Assembly (NCBI GenBank): GCA_030141605.1
Contig: JAQGDQ010000315.1
Coordinates: forward strand, 186,001 to 250,000
DNA length: 64,000 nucleotides
Source of the DNA: Tubiluchus corallicola
Lineage: Eukaryota > Animalia > Priapulida
Reading direction: 5' to 3'
Position numbers and translations under genes: made by a program. The notes beneath the pieces are model-generated. The model was not told the DNA's origin. It made no database searches and saw only the letters and a program-made list of their open reading frames with translations. This document shows, piece after piece, positions 29,129 through 43,391 of this stretch. Each line of letters opens with the position of its first letter. The stretch's first letter is position 1.

Positions 29129-29470
29129 GGAATTCTGTCTTAGATGTTTGGAAACTTTGTCTTGGATGTTTGGGAACTATCTCTTTGATGTTGCGAAAGT
29201 CTCTCTTTGATGTTTGGGAACTATCTCTTGGATGGGGAAACTCTCTCTAGGATGTTGAGGAACTCTCTCTTGGAGAACTTTCACTTCGATGTTGGGAACT
29301 CTCTATTGGATGCTGGAGAACTCTCTCTTAGACGTTGGAGAACTCTCTCTTGGACATTGGGAAACTCTCTCCTGGATGTTGGGAAACTCTCTCTTGGATG
29401 TTGCAGAACTCTCTCTCTTGGATGTTGGAGAACTCTCTCTTGGATACTGGATAACTTTCTCTTGGAGAGT
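29129..29470. repeat. Degenerate 21-23 bp minisatellite
   Basis: Unit approximately gaactctctcttggatgttgga, about 15 copies. Confidence 0.9.
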
Positions 29471-30984
29471 TCGTTCATCAAAACATTGTTTATAAAAATG
29501 AGAAGATAAAGATAAAAATTAAAGTACATTGAAACATTCCCCCGGGGCTTTATCTTGAATAGAAACAGAACAACAAAAATGACAAACTGTCGTCAGAGCC
29601 ACCCCGTATTTACTTGGTGATGAAACAAAATGTTGATTCAAAAGTCGATTGAAACTGAGTTTCCAATTAACTTTGTAAACTGGCACAACTGTAACTATAA
29701 TGGTGATATATATTTTTTATACCTTGCATATAAATGTGCAACTAAGGAATTTACCATAAGCGAGTTAAGACCTTAGAAAGCAATGACTATTTATACCATT
29801 CTCAAGGTGCTAGTTACATATTATTGAACTTTGACCTGCGTGGGTCATTTTCGAGTCACTTTCATCGCTTTTTATTGTAATATGAATAAAAGTTTTTAAC
29901 TTTGCTACTTTCTTGTTATTTACTGCTCTTGTGTACATCACGTGGTTTTCAGTTCAGTTTTGTTTTTTCCTTTCAATTTTTTATTTTTTTTTAAATATCC
30001 AGCTGCAAGATGTTCCTTTTTGCTTTTATGTTTAACTAATGTACGATTGCATCTTTTGCCCTGTTTTCTGATGTTTTTTTTTTTTTTACTTTTTTACCGC
30101 TGTTTTCAGCTGCCATATTTTGCTTTTATCTTTTATACTGAATGCTTTAATACCTATATATCTCTATTTTTTACCACTTTCTTCGCTATAGTATTCACAC
30201 TATTACGCTTCACTTACGAGCTAGGGTTCATTTTTTCTATTATGTGCTTTTACCTTCGTCATTGCAATATTTTGTTATTTATACTTCTATTTTTATCGTA
30301 TCTTATTACACCTGTTTTGCGCGCGTGATGCCATTGAATATTATATATTATTATTATTAATAGAATGTGCCCATCCTACGCGTTCTGTCTAATCACTTAC
30401 TCCTACGTCTTAGAGCAACAAAAGACGCAAACAAGAATAAAACTCTTGAATATAATGAAGTATCAAACTATAGGACAGGTTAGTGCCATATAGGTGAATG
30501 AAGCAAGCATAGGCAAATAATCACATTTTCGTAAAGACAAGTCAATATTAATTTCGATTCTTCCCTTAATCCATGATCGTAAAAGTTGTGAATTAAATTT
30601 ATAAAAAAGGAAAAATCAAATTATGCAAAACCTGAATACGAGTGCCACCTGTCTTGATAAAACTAAGAGGAACCATGTTTTTATATGCTCCTAGATCTTT
30701 GTGTTGTTACATTAAATTCTGCATGCCCTGGATTTGGCTTAATGGTTCTCCACTTAAATATTGTAAGTTCTTATGATTATTTAGGTTATGCATTCACTTC
30801 TCATTTACGTGATGATGAGGCTATGAAAGTGTAGTGAAAAGGTCTTTATGTAAGGGCAAATACTTTATTGGTTAAATTCTCTAAATGTTGTGTAAATACG
30901 AAAATGGTATGCGTGTCAATTTTACGCGTGCGTCCTATGGTGCAACTTTTTCCAATACAACTACACTTTTTACTGGTGGCTCAC

Positions 30985-31064
30985 AATAATCCATTTCCCA
31001 GGCTCTTCAACATTTTGGGATGATGCAGCATACGTGAAAAAATTGTAAATTTTAATATTCACAA
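30985..31064 (-). CDS. Candidate exon of unidentified minus-strand gene
   Basis: tcatag/gtgagc, phase 1 to 0. VNIKIYNFFTYAASSQNVEEPGKWII joins FTCSF... in frame. Confidence 0.4.
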
Positions 31065-31801
31065 CTATGAATTTATTTCACGAAAGATAACAGGTCCTTT
31101 ATATTTTGGCAGGTAGAACTACCTAATGATATAATTGATAAATTGTATGTTTACTCTGCATATCATAATGCAGTTATATGGACGAACTGCCACAGACTAC
31201 GTTTTGCATTATGAAATCAAAATCTTTTAGCATTTTAAAGGTGACTTTTATTGGGTTTCATGTCTCTGTATATTGCATTGTTTAGTGATCCGTCTTGTGT
31301 ATTTATGTTTTGTATCTGATTGTGTATGTATGTATGTATATATTTTAACATTTTATCAGTCTCTATCGCATTTTGATAGTATAGCTGAGTGTTTCTTATG
31401 CAATGCTATATATTTTTAAATATATGAAATAACAATTAAATAAAAAAGTAGTAATCTATTCATACATCTCAGTACTCTCTACTTTTGTAAGAATGATAAA
31501 AGTTGCCACTTTAATTATTAACTTTATACCAGCTGGCTTTATCTGCTAAATTTTATTACTTTAATAATCTGCTGAAATGACGCAATATCTTTGCACTTTC
31601 AACGTTTTTTTTCATTTTACATTAAAAGCAATACAATAGTCATTGTTAATTTTTGTTTGTGACATTTTATGTCTCTATAATCACACCAAGGATGGAAACT
31701 TTGTCTAATTAAATGGATCAACAGTCTATACCCCACCCGAGTAATCATTCTCACACAGAGACTGATAAACTTTCTGGGAGCTTCTATATATAAGACTGAG
31801 T

Positions 31802-34800
31802 CCTTATCCAGGACGTAAGTTACTTACTCGGCACCCTTATCCAGGATATAAGTTATTTACTCGGCACTTTTACCTAGGATGTAAGTTATTTACTCGGCAC
31901 CCTTATTCAGGATATAAGTTATTTACTCGGCACCTTTACCTAGGATGTAAGTTATTTACTCGGCACCCTTATTCAGGATATAAGTTATTTACTCGGCACC
32001 TTTACCTAGGATGTAAGTTATTTACTCGGCACCCTTATCCAGGATTTAAGTTACTTACTCGGTACCATTATCCAGGATTTAAGTTACTTACTCGGCACAC
32101 TTATCCAGGATGTAAGTTACTTACTTGGTACCCTTATCCAGGATGTAAGTTACTTACTCGGCACCCTTATCCAGGATTTAAGTTACTTACTCGGCACACT
32201 TATCCAGGATGTAAGTTACTTACTTGGTACCCTTATCCAGGATGTAAGTTACTTACTCGGCACACTTATCCAGGATTTAAGTTACTTACTCGGCACCCTT
32301 ATCCAGGATGTAAGTTACTTACTCGGCACACTTATCCAGGATGTAAGTTACTTACTCGGCACACTTATCCAGGATGTAAGTTACTTACTCGGCACACTTA
32401 TCCAGGATGTAAGTTACTTACTCGGCACCCTTATCCAGGATATAAGTTATTTACTCGGCACCTTTACCTAGGATGTAAGTTATTTACTCGGCACCCTTAT
32501 CCAGGATTTAAGTTACTTACTCGGTACCCTTATCCAGGATTTAAGTTACTTACTCGGCACCTTTACCTAGGATGTAAGTTATTTACTCGGCACCCTTATC
32601 CAGGATGTAAGTTACTTACTCGGCACACTTATCCAGGATTTAAGTTACTTACTCGGCACCCTTATCCAGGATGTAAGTTACTTACTCGGCACACTTATCC
32701 AGGATGTAAGTTACTTACTCGGCACACTTATCCAGGATGTAAGTTACTTACTCGGCACACTTATCCAGGATGTAAGTTACTTACTCGGCACCCTTATCCA
32801 GGATATAAGTTATTTACTCGGCACCTTTACCTAGGATGTAAGTTATTTACTCGGCACCCTTATCCAGGATTTAAGTTACTTACTCGGTACCCTTATCCAG
32901 GATTTAAGTTACTTACTCGGCACACTTATCCAGGATGTAAGTTACTTACTTGGTACCCTTATCCAGGATGTAAGTTACTTACTCGGCACACTTATCCATG
33001 ATGTAAGTTACTTACTCGGCACACTTATCCATGATGTAAGTTACTTACTCGGTACCGTTATCCAGGATGTAAGTTACTTACTCGACACCATTATCCAGGA
33101 TGTAAGTTACTTACTCGGCACCTTTATCCAGGATGTAAGTTACTTACTCGGCACTTTCATCCAGGATGTAAGTTACCTACTCGGCACCATTATCCAGGAT
33201 TTAAGTTAGTTACTCGGTACCGTTATCCAGGATTTTAGTTACTTACTCGGCACTTTTATCCAGGATGTAAGTTACTTACTCGACACCATTATCCAGGATG
33301 TAAGTTACTTACTCGGCACCTTTATCCAGGATGTAAGTTACTTACTCGGCACTTTCATCCAGGATGTAAGTTACTTACTCGGCACTTTCATCCAGGATGT
33401 AAGTTACCTACTCGGCACCATTATCCAGGATTTAAGTTAGTTACTCGGTACCGTTATCCAGGATTTTAGTTACTTACTCGACACTGTTATCCAGGATGTA
33501 AGTTACTTACTCGGCACACTTATCCAGGATGTAAGTTACTTACTCGGCACTTTTATCCAGGATGTAAGTTACTTACTCGGCACTTTTATCCAGGATGTAA
33601 GTTACTTACTCGGCACTTTTATCCAGGATGTAAGTTACTTACTCGGCTTCCTTATCCAGGATGTAAGTTACTTACTCGGCACCTTTATCCAGGATGTAAG
33701 TTACTTACTCGGCACTTTCATCCAGGATGTAAGTTACCTACTCGGCACCATTATCCAGGATTTAAGTTAGTTACTTGGTACCGTTATCCAGGATTTTAGT
33801 TACTTACTCGACATTGTTATCCAGGATGTAAGTTACTTACTCGGCACACTTATCCAGGATGTAAGTTACTTACTCGGCACTTTCATCCAGGATGTAAGTT
33901 ACCTACTCGGCACCATTATCCAGGATTTAAGTTAGTTACTCGGTACCGTTATCCAGGATTTTAGTTACTTACTCGACACTGTTATCCAGGATGTAAGTTA
34001 CTTACTCGGCACACTTATCCAGGATGTAAGTTACTTACTCGGCACTTTTATCCAGGATGTAAGTTACTTACTCGGCACTTTTATCCAGGATGTAAGTTAC
34101 TTACTCGACACCATTATCCAGGATGTAAGTTACTTACTCGGCACCATTATCCAGGATGTAAGTTACTTACTCTGCTTCCTTATCCAGGATGCAAGTTACT
34201 TACTCGGCTTCCTTATCCAGGATGTAAGTTACTTACTCGGCTTCCTTATCCAGAATGTAAGTTACTTACTCGGCTTCCCTATCCAGGATATAAGTTACTT
34301 ACTCGGCTTCCTTATCCAGGATGTAAGTTACTTACTCTGCTTCCTTATCCAGAATGTAAGTTACTTACTCGGCTTCCTTATCCAGGATGTAAGTTACTTA
34401 CTCTCCTTCCTTATCCAGGATGCAAGTTACTTACTCGGCTTCCTTATCCAGGATGTAAGTTACTTACTCGGCTTCCTTATCCAGGATGTAAGTTACTTAC
34501 TCTGCTTCCTTATCCAGAATGTAAGTTACTTACTCGGCTTCCTTATCCAGGATGTAAGTTACTTACTCGGCTTCCTTATCCAGGATGTAAGTTACTTACT
34601 CGGCTTCCTTATCCAGGATGCAAGTTACTTATTCCGCTTCCCTATCCAGGATGTAAGTTACTTACTCGGCTTCCTTATCCAGGATGTAAGTTACTTACTC
34701 TGCTTCCTTATCCAGAATGTAAGTTACTTACTCGGCTTCCTTATCCAGGATGTAAGTTACTTACTCGGCTTCCTTATCCAGAATGTAAGTTACTTACTCG

Positions 34801-35322
34801 GCTTCCTTATCCAGAATGTAAGTTACTTACTCGGCTTCCTCATCCAGGATGTAAGTTACTTACTCGGCTTCCTTATCCAGAATGTAAGTTACTTACTCGG
34901 CTTCCTTATCCAGAATGTAAGTTACTTACTCGGCTTCCCTATCCAGGATATAAGTTACTTACTCTGCTTCCTTATCCAGAATGTAAGTTACTTACTCGGC
35001 ACCCTCATCCATGATGTAAGTTACTTACTCGGCTTCCTTATCCAGGATGCAAGTTACTTACTCGGCTTCCTCATCCAGGATGCAAGTTACTTACTCGGCT
35101 TCCTTATCCAGGATGTAAGTTACTTACTCTGCTTCCTTATCCAGAATGTAAGTTACTTACTCGGCTTCCTTATCCAGGATGCAAGTTACTTACTCGGCTT
35201 CCTCATCCAGGATGCAAGTTACTTACTCGGCACCCTCATCCAGGATGTAAGTTACTTACTCGGCTTCCTTATCCAGGATGCAAGTTACTTACTCGGCTTC
35301 CCTATCCAGGTGCAAGTTACTT
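31802..35322. repeat. 33-bp satellite, about 107 copies
   Basis: Unit cttatccaggatgtaagttacttactcggcacc. Register preserved (32101 and 32761 are 20 units apart). Confidence 0.98.
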
Positions 35323-35717
35323 AAATCATAACGGTTTTCAGAAAATTTATTTATAGTATTTATTTATTTGGTTATGCAGCAAAACCTTAAAATGATCAAC
35401 GTGTAATTGAAGATATTTTTGTAAAAAAGGACATTTTTTACGAACAATGGTCTATTCATAACTAAGGGACTGTTTTGTACTTAACTGGCGACGTAAAATA
35501 TAAGCCACAAACCAGCAGTAAAATGCCCCGAAGTAATCCGTTCGTTTAACATCAGTCTATACACAGTCTACACTGTTAAACTTTGATTCTCCTCACAGGA
35601 GCGCTCATAAACAGTTCTAAAACTCGACTATATTGTTACTAATTGCTTAGAGGGTATAACGCCATGACGTAAGTGACGTGACCCCGTGGGAGGATGACTT
35701 AGCGCAGGTGACGTGAC

Positions 35718-36073
35718 CAGGGCCTATTTCAAGGGGGGGGGGAAGTGGGGATACTTCCCCGGGGCCTCACCCTCCAGGGGGGCCTCACGCGAAGGTAACA
35801 TTTTTTTGCTTTATGCAAACATACTGCCTCCTCTCTCCCTCTCTCTCTCTCTTGCCGCACGCGCGCCGTTTGCCAGTATTGACAAGTATTAAGCACTGGC
35901 CTTGAGAATAAAGCAGTTTTTCTTTCAATTGTTCTTTCCTTTAACAACTGTATAACTCCATATTTTCTCTTCGAAAATGCTTCTCCAGCCTTCTAGCAGT
36001 TCAAAAATCTTCTCCGGCCTTCTCCTCACACGCCCCACTTCCCCGGGCCTCGCTTAGGCTGAAATAGGCCCTG
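35718..36073. mobile_element. hAT-type MITE
   Basis: 14-bp TIR cagggcctatttca/tgaaataggccctg with a perfect 8-bp TSD gacgtgac (35710-35717 and 36074-36081). Confidence 0.92.
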
Positions 36074-36889
36074 GACGTGACCCCGTGGGAGGATGACTGT
36101 AGACGGTTACACAGTATAAATTACGCCATGTTAAGCGAGCTGAAATAGAAACTGACTTGGTAGTTAGCAGATACTTTCATTGTTAATAAAACTAATTAAC
36201 GTTGAAGTTGTTTGTTGGCGACTAATTACGTTTTCATTCGTGGGTGCACACGTAATTATTATTTTATGTAGAACCGTAAAGTTGGCATTCTAATTAAATG
36301 CGACTTCAAGCGAGTTTTTTTCACTAAACTTTAACGTTTTCTCTGCAGTTCTTAATCCACAGGAAATTAAACACAGCTGCAGAATTCTTCATAGCTTATA
36401 ACGAAAGAACAGGATATGTAATGTAATAAAAGTATTAATAAGATAAAAACAAGTTAATCATTAAATTAATTAATATGAAAAGGTTCCCTACTAAGAAAAT
36501 GTTTTATAGTCCAATATCTCTCATTTTTATCTGATGAGTCTGGGTGAATCCAAGCTATATAAAGAGGAAGTCAGGCAATTTTAAAACAAAAAATGACGAT
36601 TTTCCATATCCTACCCCATTTTGACGTGCGGTAACATGTATACATTTTAACACATATAGTACCACCAAAGCATTTTTATAATTAAATAATGTATTAAAAA
36701 CTTAACGACAGACGAACCCAACTACTGAAGACGTTGCAAACGAACACAATTTTCAACAGCACAAACGTTTATTGAGCTTGTTGCACGTATTTGCGAAAGT
36801 GAAAATTTAAGTACAGTGCTACTGCACAACATTCAGAGTAACAAACAAAAACTCGGCAAATTTAAAAATAAAAAATTTACTAACTTCAC

Positions 36890-38270
36890 ATTAACTTGCA
36901 TTCACTTATGAGCATTTGCTTTTGTAACATATTTTCTCCAGCAAGTGCTATTAAACCCAAAAACTTTGTTTGTTAGAATCTTAGGATTAGCAGAGAGCAT
37001 GTCTTTAATTCTGTTGAATTCAGATCTGAGTCAATCAATCAATCAGTCAGTTGGCTGTGCTCACGAATGAGCTCTCGAACGTGTGTATTACGTCACAAAC
37101 GAATAACACTGAATTGAGGTACGCGATCTGCCTGTAGGTGCTAGTACCCGTCTAACTAGCGAATGGCGAAATGCATATAACAGCGAAAAACTAATGGCAG
37201 GAACACGAATTTGCATTTTTGTGGTAATAATTATTTTTTCACGTAAGTCATTCTTTAAAAAAATTGTACGTTTCCTTTCAATATTTTGAAGAGTAGATTG
37301 TTTTGATCTACAGTTTAACATTATGGGTGCGATTTTCCTTTAAAGTATGTCCAAAAAACGTTCCACACTCTTTTATATTACTTAGCAAGATGCTTATCTT
37401 ATGAAGCCTTACGTAACTAGAGAAGAAAATTTTAACAATTCAAAATGTTATCCCCAATTGCTAAAACGTCGTTGACTCACCTTCCCAATGTGCAACACTG
37501 ATTCACCAAGTACTGTATTTTTAATCTTGTTCACAAGATATAGTAATTTCAACTTTTACTTAGTCAGCGAAAAGTATGTGCTACGAATCCTCTGATTATT
37601 TTTTCAAACTTTACGCAATGTTATCTAAATTAGTTTCAAACGACTTACCGGTCAAAATGGCTGCGCGAAAGTTTAAATGATCAAGTTTTATACAGCGTTA
37701 CTGCTAATACAGCGTTACGTGAGCAATAAAGTAGTACATGGGCGATAGAAAATTTCAAGACGATTTATTTAGCTCATGTAAGTAAAGTTATGCTTTAAAA
37801 AGAATTTTTGAAAACAAATGAACCTTAATCTCGTCCCGCTAAACAGCTTAACAGCTTTGCAAAGCTACGTTCAAAACCCGTGCGGGAGTGGCATGAAGTG
37901 GGCGTGTTTTGGGTTGGGGGAGGCATATTCGGCTGCATCTGACTAGGACATAGTATTGTTTTTTCAGCATCTGCTTCTGGTCATTAACTCATCAGGTTAA
38001 TTGTCGCTGTAAACCGTTAAGTTGCTGTTTATGATTGACGACAGCTATTATTTATCTATAATTGATCTCAAGTCAACTAATTTGATAGATTAAGATCTAA
38101 TTTGACTGACAGATTGATTGATTGACTGACTCAGACCTGAATTCAACAGAATTGAAGACATGTTCTCTGCTTATCCTAAGATTCTAGCAAACCAAATTTC
38201 TGAGAATAATAGCATTTGCTGGAGAAAATATGTTGGAAAAGCAAATACTCATAAATGAATGCAAGGTAAG
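36890..38270. repeat. Inverted pair of arms of about 160 bp (36890-37050 and 38105-38270)
   Basis: ttgcattcacttatgagcatttgctttt...gaattcagatctgagtcaatcaatc is the imperfect reverse complement of 38105-38270. Confidence 0.8.
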
Positions 38271-38998
38271 GTGAGGTCAGGTGATGCGGGGTTGGATGAG
38301 GTCAGGTGAGGTGTGGTGAGGTGGGGTGGAGTGAGGTCAGGTGAGGTGTGGTGAGATGAGATGAGATGAGATCAGTTCAGGTGAGGTGGGTAAGTGGGGT
38401 GGGGAGGGTGAGGTGAGGTGGGGCGAGGTCAGGTGAGATGAAGTCAGGTCAGATGAGGTGAGGAGAGGTGGGGTGGAGTGAGGTCAGGTGAGGTGTGGTG
38501 AGGTGAGATGAGATGAGATCAGGTGAGGTGAGGTGGGTAAGTGGGGTGGGGCAGGTGAGGTGAGGTGGGGCGAGGTCAGGTGAGATGAAGTCAGGTCAGA
38601 TGAGGTGAGGAGAGGTGGGGTGGAGTGGAGTGGAGTGAGGTCAGGTGAGGTGTGGTGAAATGAGATGAGGTCAGGTCAGGTGAGGTGGGTAAGTGGGGTG
38701 AGGCGGGTGAGGTGAGGTGGGGCGAGGTCAGGTGAGATGAAGTCAGGTCAGATGAGGTGACGAGAGGTGGGGTGGAGTGAGGTCAGGTGAGGTGTGGTGA
38801 GATGAGATGAGGTCAGGTCAGGTGAGGTGGGTAAGTGGGGTGGGGCGGGTGAGGTGAGGTGGGGCGAGGTCAGGTGAGATGAAGTCAGGTCAGATGACGT
38901 GAAGCCGGGTGGGGTGAGGTAAGTTCAGGTCAGACGAGGTAAGGTAAGTGAAGTGAATAAGAGAGAAAGGGAATTGAAGTAAGGTAAGGTAAGGTAAG
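38265..38998. repeat. (GGTGA)n-derived G-rich repeat with a higher-order unit of about 147 bp, 4 copies
   Basis: gaagtcaggtcagatga recurs at 38440, 38587, 38739 and 38881. Confidence 0.9.
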
Positions 38999-39487
38999 AG
39001 CTATATTCCATTGGAAAACTTTGTGGCCTCCATGAAGAATTTTGCAAGGCGGCACAAGATTTTTCTCAAAACTGAGGATATGATGTACAGTAAATCCACA
39101 TGTAAACTCTCATAAATGCTTTATTTCCGTGATCAGATAAAACATAATGTAACAAACATATTCAATCAATGCAGCAACATAAGACAGTTTTTACGCTAAT
39201 ATTCACACAATCGCTTTTCAGATATTTTATAGTGAAATGCTTTTTAAACGTTCACAATTTCATTCAAAGGAAAATACTTCTATTTAAAAAACAACAAAAA
39301 CAAATATAATATTTAACTAGAGTACTAATTAAAATGCGCTTTTCTGACTTTTTGTTTGCAAAATTTCTAATAACACTAGCAAAAACAATTCGTTTGGCAA
39401 TGCCAGATTCAGTACTTTGTCGTGCTAGATCAACAAGTCTGGTTTGAGACATAATAGACCTCTAATAGTTAATAAGTTTAAGTTTAC

Positions 39488-39684
39488 CAAAAGATCTTTT
39501 AACTGATGCTGTGGGGCCCGACTTAGCTCTTGGAACCGTAACAATGTACCGGCTGGACGGTCTTTCATAGGTCTTGTTGTAATAGTTGAAATGACAAGGT
39601 GATATTCTTACGAATTTTTCCACGTGTCTTCTTAACAAGGAAATGAACGTAAGCCTTCACAGTGATGTATACACCAACACCGGT
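39488..39684 (-). CDS. Candidate exon region of unidentified minus-strand gene (two alternative parses)
   Basis: Parse 39684-39612 (gcatag/gtaaga) gives TGVGVYITVKAYVHFLVKKTRGKI. Parse 39630-39488 (ttaag/gtaaac) gives RHVEKFVRISPCHFNYYNKTYERPSSRYIVTVPRAKSGPTASVKRSF. Both end in phase 1, matching the exon starting at 31064. Confidence 0.35.
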
Positions 39685-39883
39685 CTATGCAGATAAACAG
39701 GATTATGATATATAGCAAGAAATGAAAAGCAAACAAGAAGATCGTGTCATTATTGCACAATATCACTTTTAATAAACACCCTAAAGCACACAGAATCATC
39801 TTAAATAACCAAAATGTATTTAGCATTTAGCTACCCTGTGTATACTGTATACCTTGGTAAATTAAATGTTAAAAAGTAATGTT

Positions 39884-40430
<547 letters not shown>

Positions 40431-41364
40431 AGCTTGAGTAAGGAAATTTGAGCTAAAACTGCAGCGAATCACTTGTTCAATGTTAATCGCCAATAGTTAC
40501 GCAATATTGATGTAACCTGAAACTGCAAATAATATTATTATCAGAATCAGTCAATCGTGTCATAAGCGAATAACAACATTCTCGTATAAATATAACATCA
40601 AAATAAGGAATATTTTGAACATATTATGTGGGTGTATGATCATGTAAGGATACATAACTTCCTCTACTGATTATATAAACACGACATATCGGATTAATTC
40701 CTTGATTTCGGAGCTTATGCGCCAACAGTTGTACTAATATCAGAAGTAGTATATTATACTGGACAGAAATGACAAGACTAAGATCCAAGGCATATTTAGC
40801 AACGCATTACATCCGGCGTTAAGCTTACATGGCTAATTGCAGATAACACGACATTTCAATTACAATAGAAGCCAAGCCAGATCTTTAACTAATTGTGATG
40901 ACTTTCAGACGTACATGTCTATTATCAGCAGTAATAAGCCATCATTGAGCTTAAAGCTACACGAATATATTAATATAATACATCCACCCAAAAAATAATA
41001 CAAGTCCCTTGTGAACTAGATTACGTATCTTCATTACTTAGAAACCTTTCAAATGCGCAGGTATAATTACCACCTGTGTTGTATTTGTATGCTGAGACTC
41101 TATGCGTGGTTTGTGGCATTACTCGCTTTTCTCGGCTGATTGCAATTTGTTTATTAAGAGCTTGCATCCATGCGATGTTTACTACATTTCCGGTAAAACC
41201 CCAAGAGAGTACAATAAGTTTTTTGTGTCGCTTTGAACGTTCTACGGACATCGCAATGTCTAGTGCGTCGTTAATATGTAGTTTGTTATGCCGATCGTAA
41301 ACGGTTTGATGACGCAGTTAGTACATTAAACAGGGCGTAAAAAATTATGCAAGTCAAATTTGTT

Positions 41365-41890
41365 ACATTGATGTTGCATTCTTTCAGGCTGGCTTTGAGG
41401 GTGTCTTTGTGTCTTTTCCGTTGCCCTCCTACTGACCGTTTCCCTTCTTTCAGCTCGCAGTACATGAGTCTCTTTGGCAGTCTGTGATCTTCCATACGTC
41501 GAACATGATCAGCCCATTTCAGTTGTGCTGTCTTAAGCATTGAATGGACACTGATGGATTGTGTTCTCTCGAGGACTTCAGTGTCTGGTATAAAGTCCTG
41601 CCAGCTGATCTTGAGGAGTCGTCTTAGACAACGCAGGTGGAAGGAGTTTAGTTGTCTGGCATGGTGACTATAGACTGTCCACGACTCGCAGGCATATAGC
41701 AGAGATGGAATGACTACAGCATGGTAGACCTTGAGTTTAGTTGACAGCTTGATGCCTCGTCTTTCCCAGCATGTTGTTCTTAGGTTTCCTAAGGCTGCAC
41801 TGGCTCTTGATATTCTGAAGGCTGCTTCATCATCAATGGTAGCTGATCTTGATAGGGTGCTACGCAAGTAAACAAACTTGTTGGCATATA
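41365..41890 (-). mobile_element. RTE-clade LINE fragment (region C-terminal to the RT core)
   Basis: KFVYLRS...RISRASAALG...KLKVYHAVVIPSLLYACESW...FHLRCLRRLLKISWQD...LKWADHVRRM...RLPKRLMY...GGQRKR are diagnostic RTE motifs. Truncated at both ends. Confidence 0.92.
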
Positions 41891-43391
41891 CTGTACATTC
41901 ATCTTCAATAGACGAGATAGCTGTGAGCAATATGGCAGATCAATCGGTGCAGTAGTTTTCACGGTGGTCACATATCCTTTTACTTACAGTCTCAGCATTG
42001 CTAAACTTCGAAGCTAATCACACAGAATGCCCACTCAACAATATCTCTCACCGTAAAATCACATTCAAGCGCGTTTTTACCTTATTATTTTACATTGTAA
42101 ATCAAAAATTACAGACGTCAATATTAATGCTTTTATTAATCAGTTTTATAACATTTAGTTATAACTAATATTATTGTTGCTATTTAATGAAGCACTAGTA
42201 TGTTATAACCTTACGCATAATTTATTAGTCTTGAAAGTTGCACGTAGATTCGTACTCATGCCCAAAATATAGAACTCTCCAATATTGTCTACGTCTTGCA
42301 GTTTTGTTTGTATCTAAACAAAGCATTGCATAGCAAACACTAGTGTTATCACTGCCCACGATCATGTAAAGGTACTTTATGGGTGTGTATGTAGACATAT
42401 ACACCCTTGTATTGTATGAGTCCACTTACTCAGCCGGTTACTTAATCTAGAGGAAGCCACATTATGCCTCTCGTATATGCAGAGATTGTCCTTTTCATGG
42501 CATATATTTACTATGCACTAAACAATCACAAGCTTCACTGATCATTCGTAGATGGGCACCACGTGTGTTTGTGTTACACGTACATAGAGGCTTGCGTGGG
42601 CGTAATAGACTATCTAGCCTGTAAAAACGATTTGCTAGCTTTACAGATCGCAGATGTGAACTGGTTATCCACGTTCCAGTAATGTAAGAGCAAGAGATTA
42701 TAACTAAAACAGTTTTCCTAGCAGTCTTTAATCGATTTGTTATCGCACCTGGGACTGCTTAACTACCGCAAGTAAGCTGTCATATTGAACACTCAGCTAT
42801 TTTACTTACCCGAGATGATAAAAATAGTGTTACTAAATATCAGATTAGTAATTCAAGGGGAGAACTGTGCACGGTATTTCTGGCATTACAAAGTTGCACA
42901 GGTAGTAGTTACAGCATGGTTGCAGCAATGATACCTCTAGAAAATGAATAAGTGAAACAAAAATGAATTGAATGTACTTTCTTTTCGCTTGCTGTAAAGC
43001 ATTTCCTGTTTTAGTTTTTTGTTTCCGACAAAGTATTTGATTGAAAAGACAGGACCTAGAAAATGAGCAAAAATACAATAATCAATTATCAAAACGTTTA
43101 GTAGACTCTATGTAGTTCTGAGCACACAAGCATACTGTATATTTAATGTTCATCATTACTATAGTGTTTGCTCAATGTAAACTCTCTAGGCTTTTAGTAA
43201 TTAATTTCGTATTATCGTATACGGTAATTTTACCGATTTATTTTTAGTAACAATGTTCAGTAACGCATGTTTTAGTAACCGTTTGGTAAGCTGTATATGA
43301 GCATTTTTATTGATCCTATATTTTTTTGTTATTTCAGAACGCCGTAAAAGAATTTTTAAAATCAGAAAACTTGGTTATTGAAGAAAATATT

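Noticed and set aside
33940-35310. Open frame (LIQDVSYLLGF)n in the 33-bp array
   Set aside because: No start codon or flanking coding sequence, and stop-containing variants occur in the left and middle of the array.
19826-35322. CRISPR-like appearance of the 70-bp and 33-bp arrays
   Set aside because: Units are contiguous with no unique spacers, there are no cas genes, and the context is eukaryotic.
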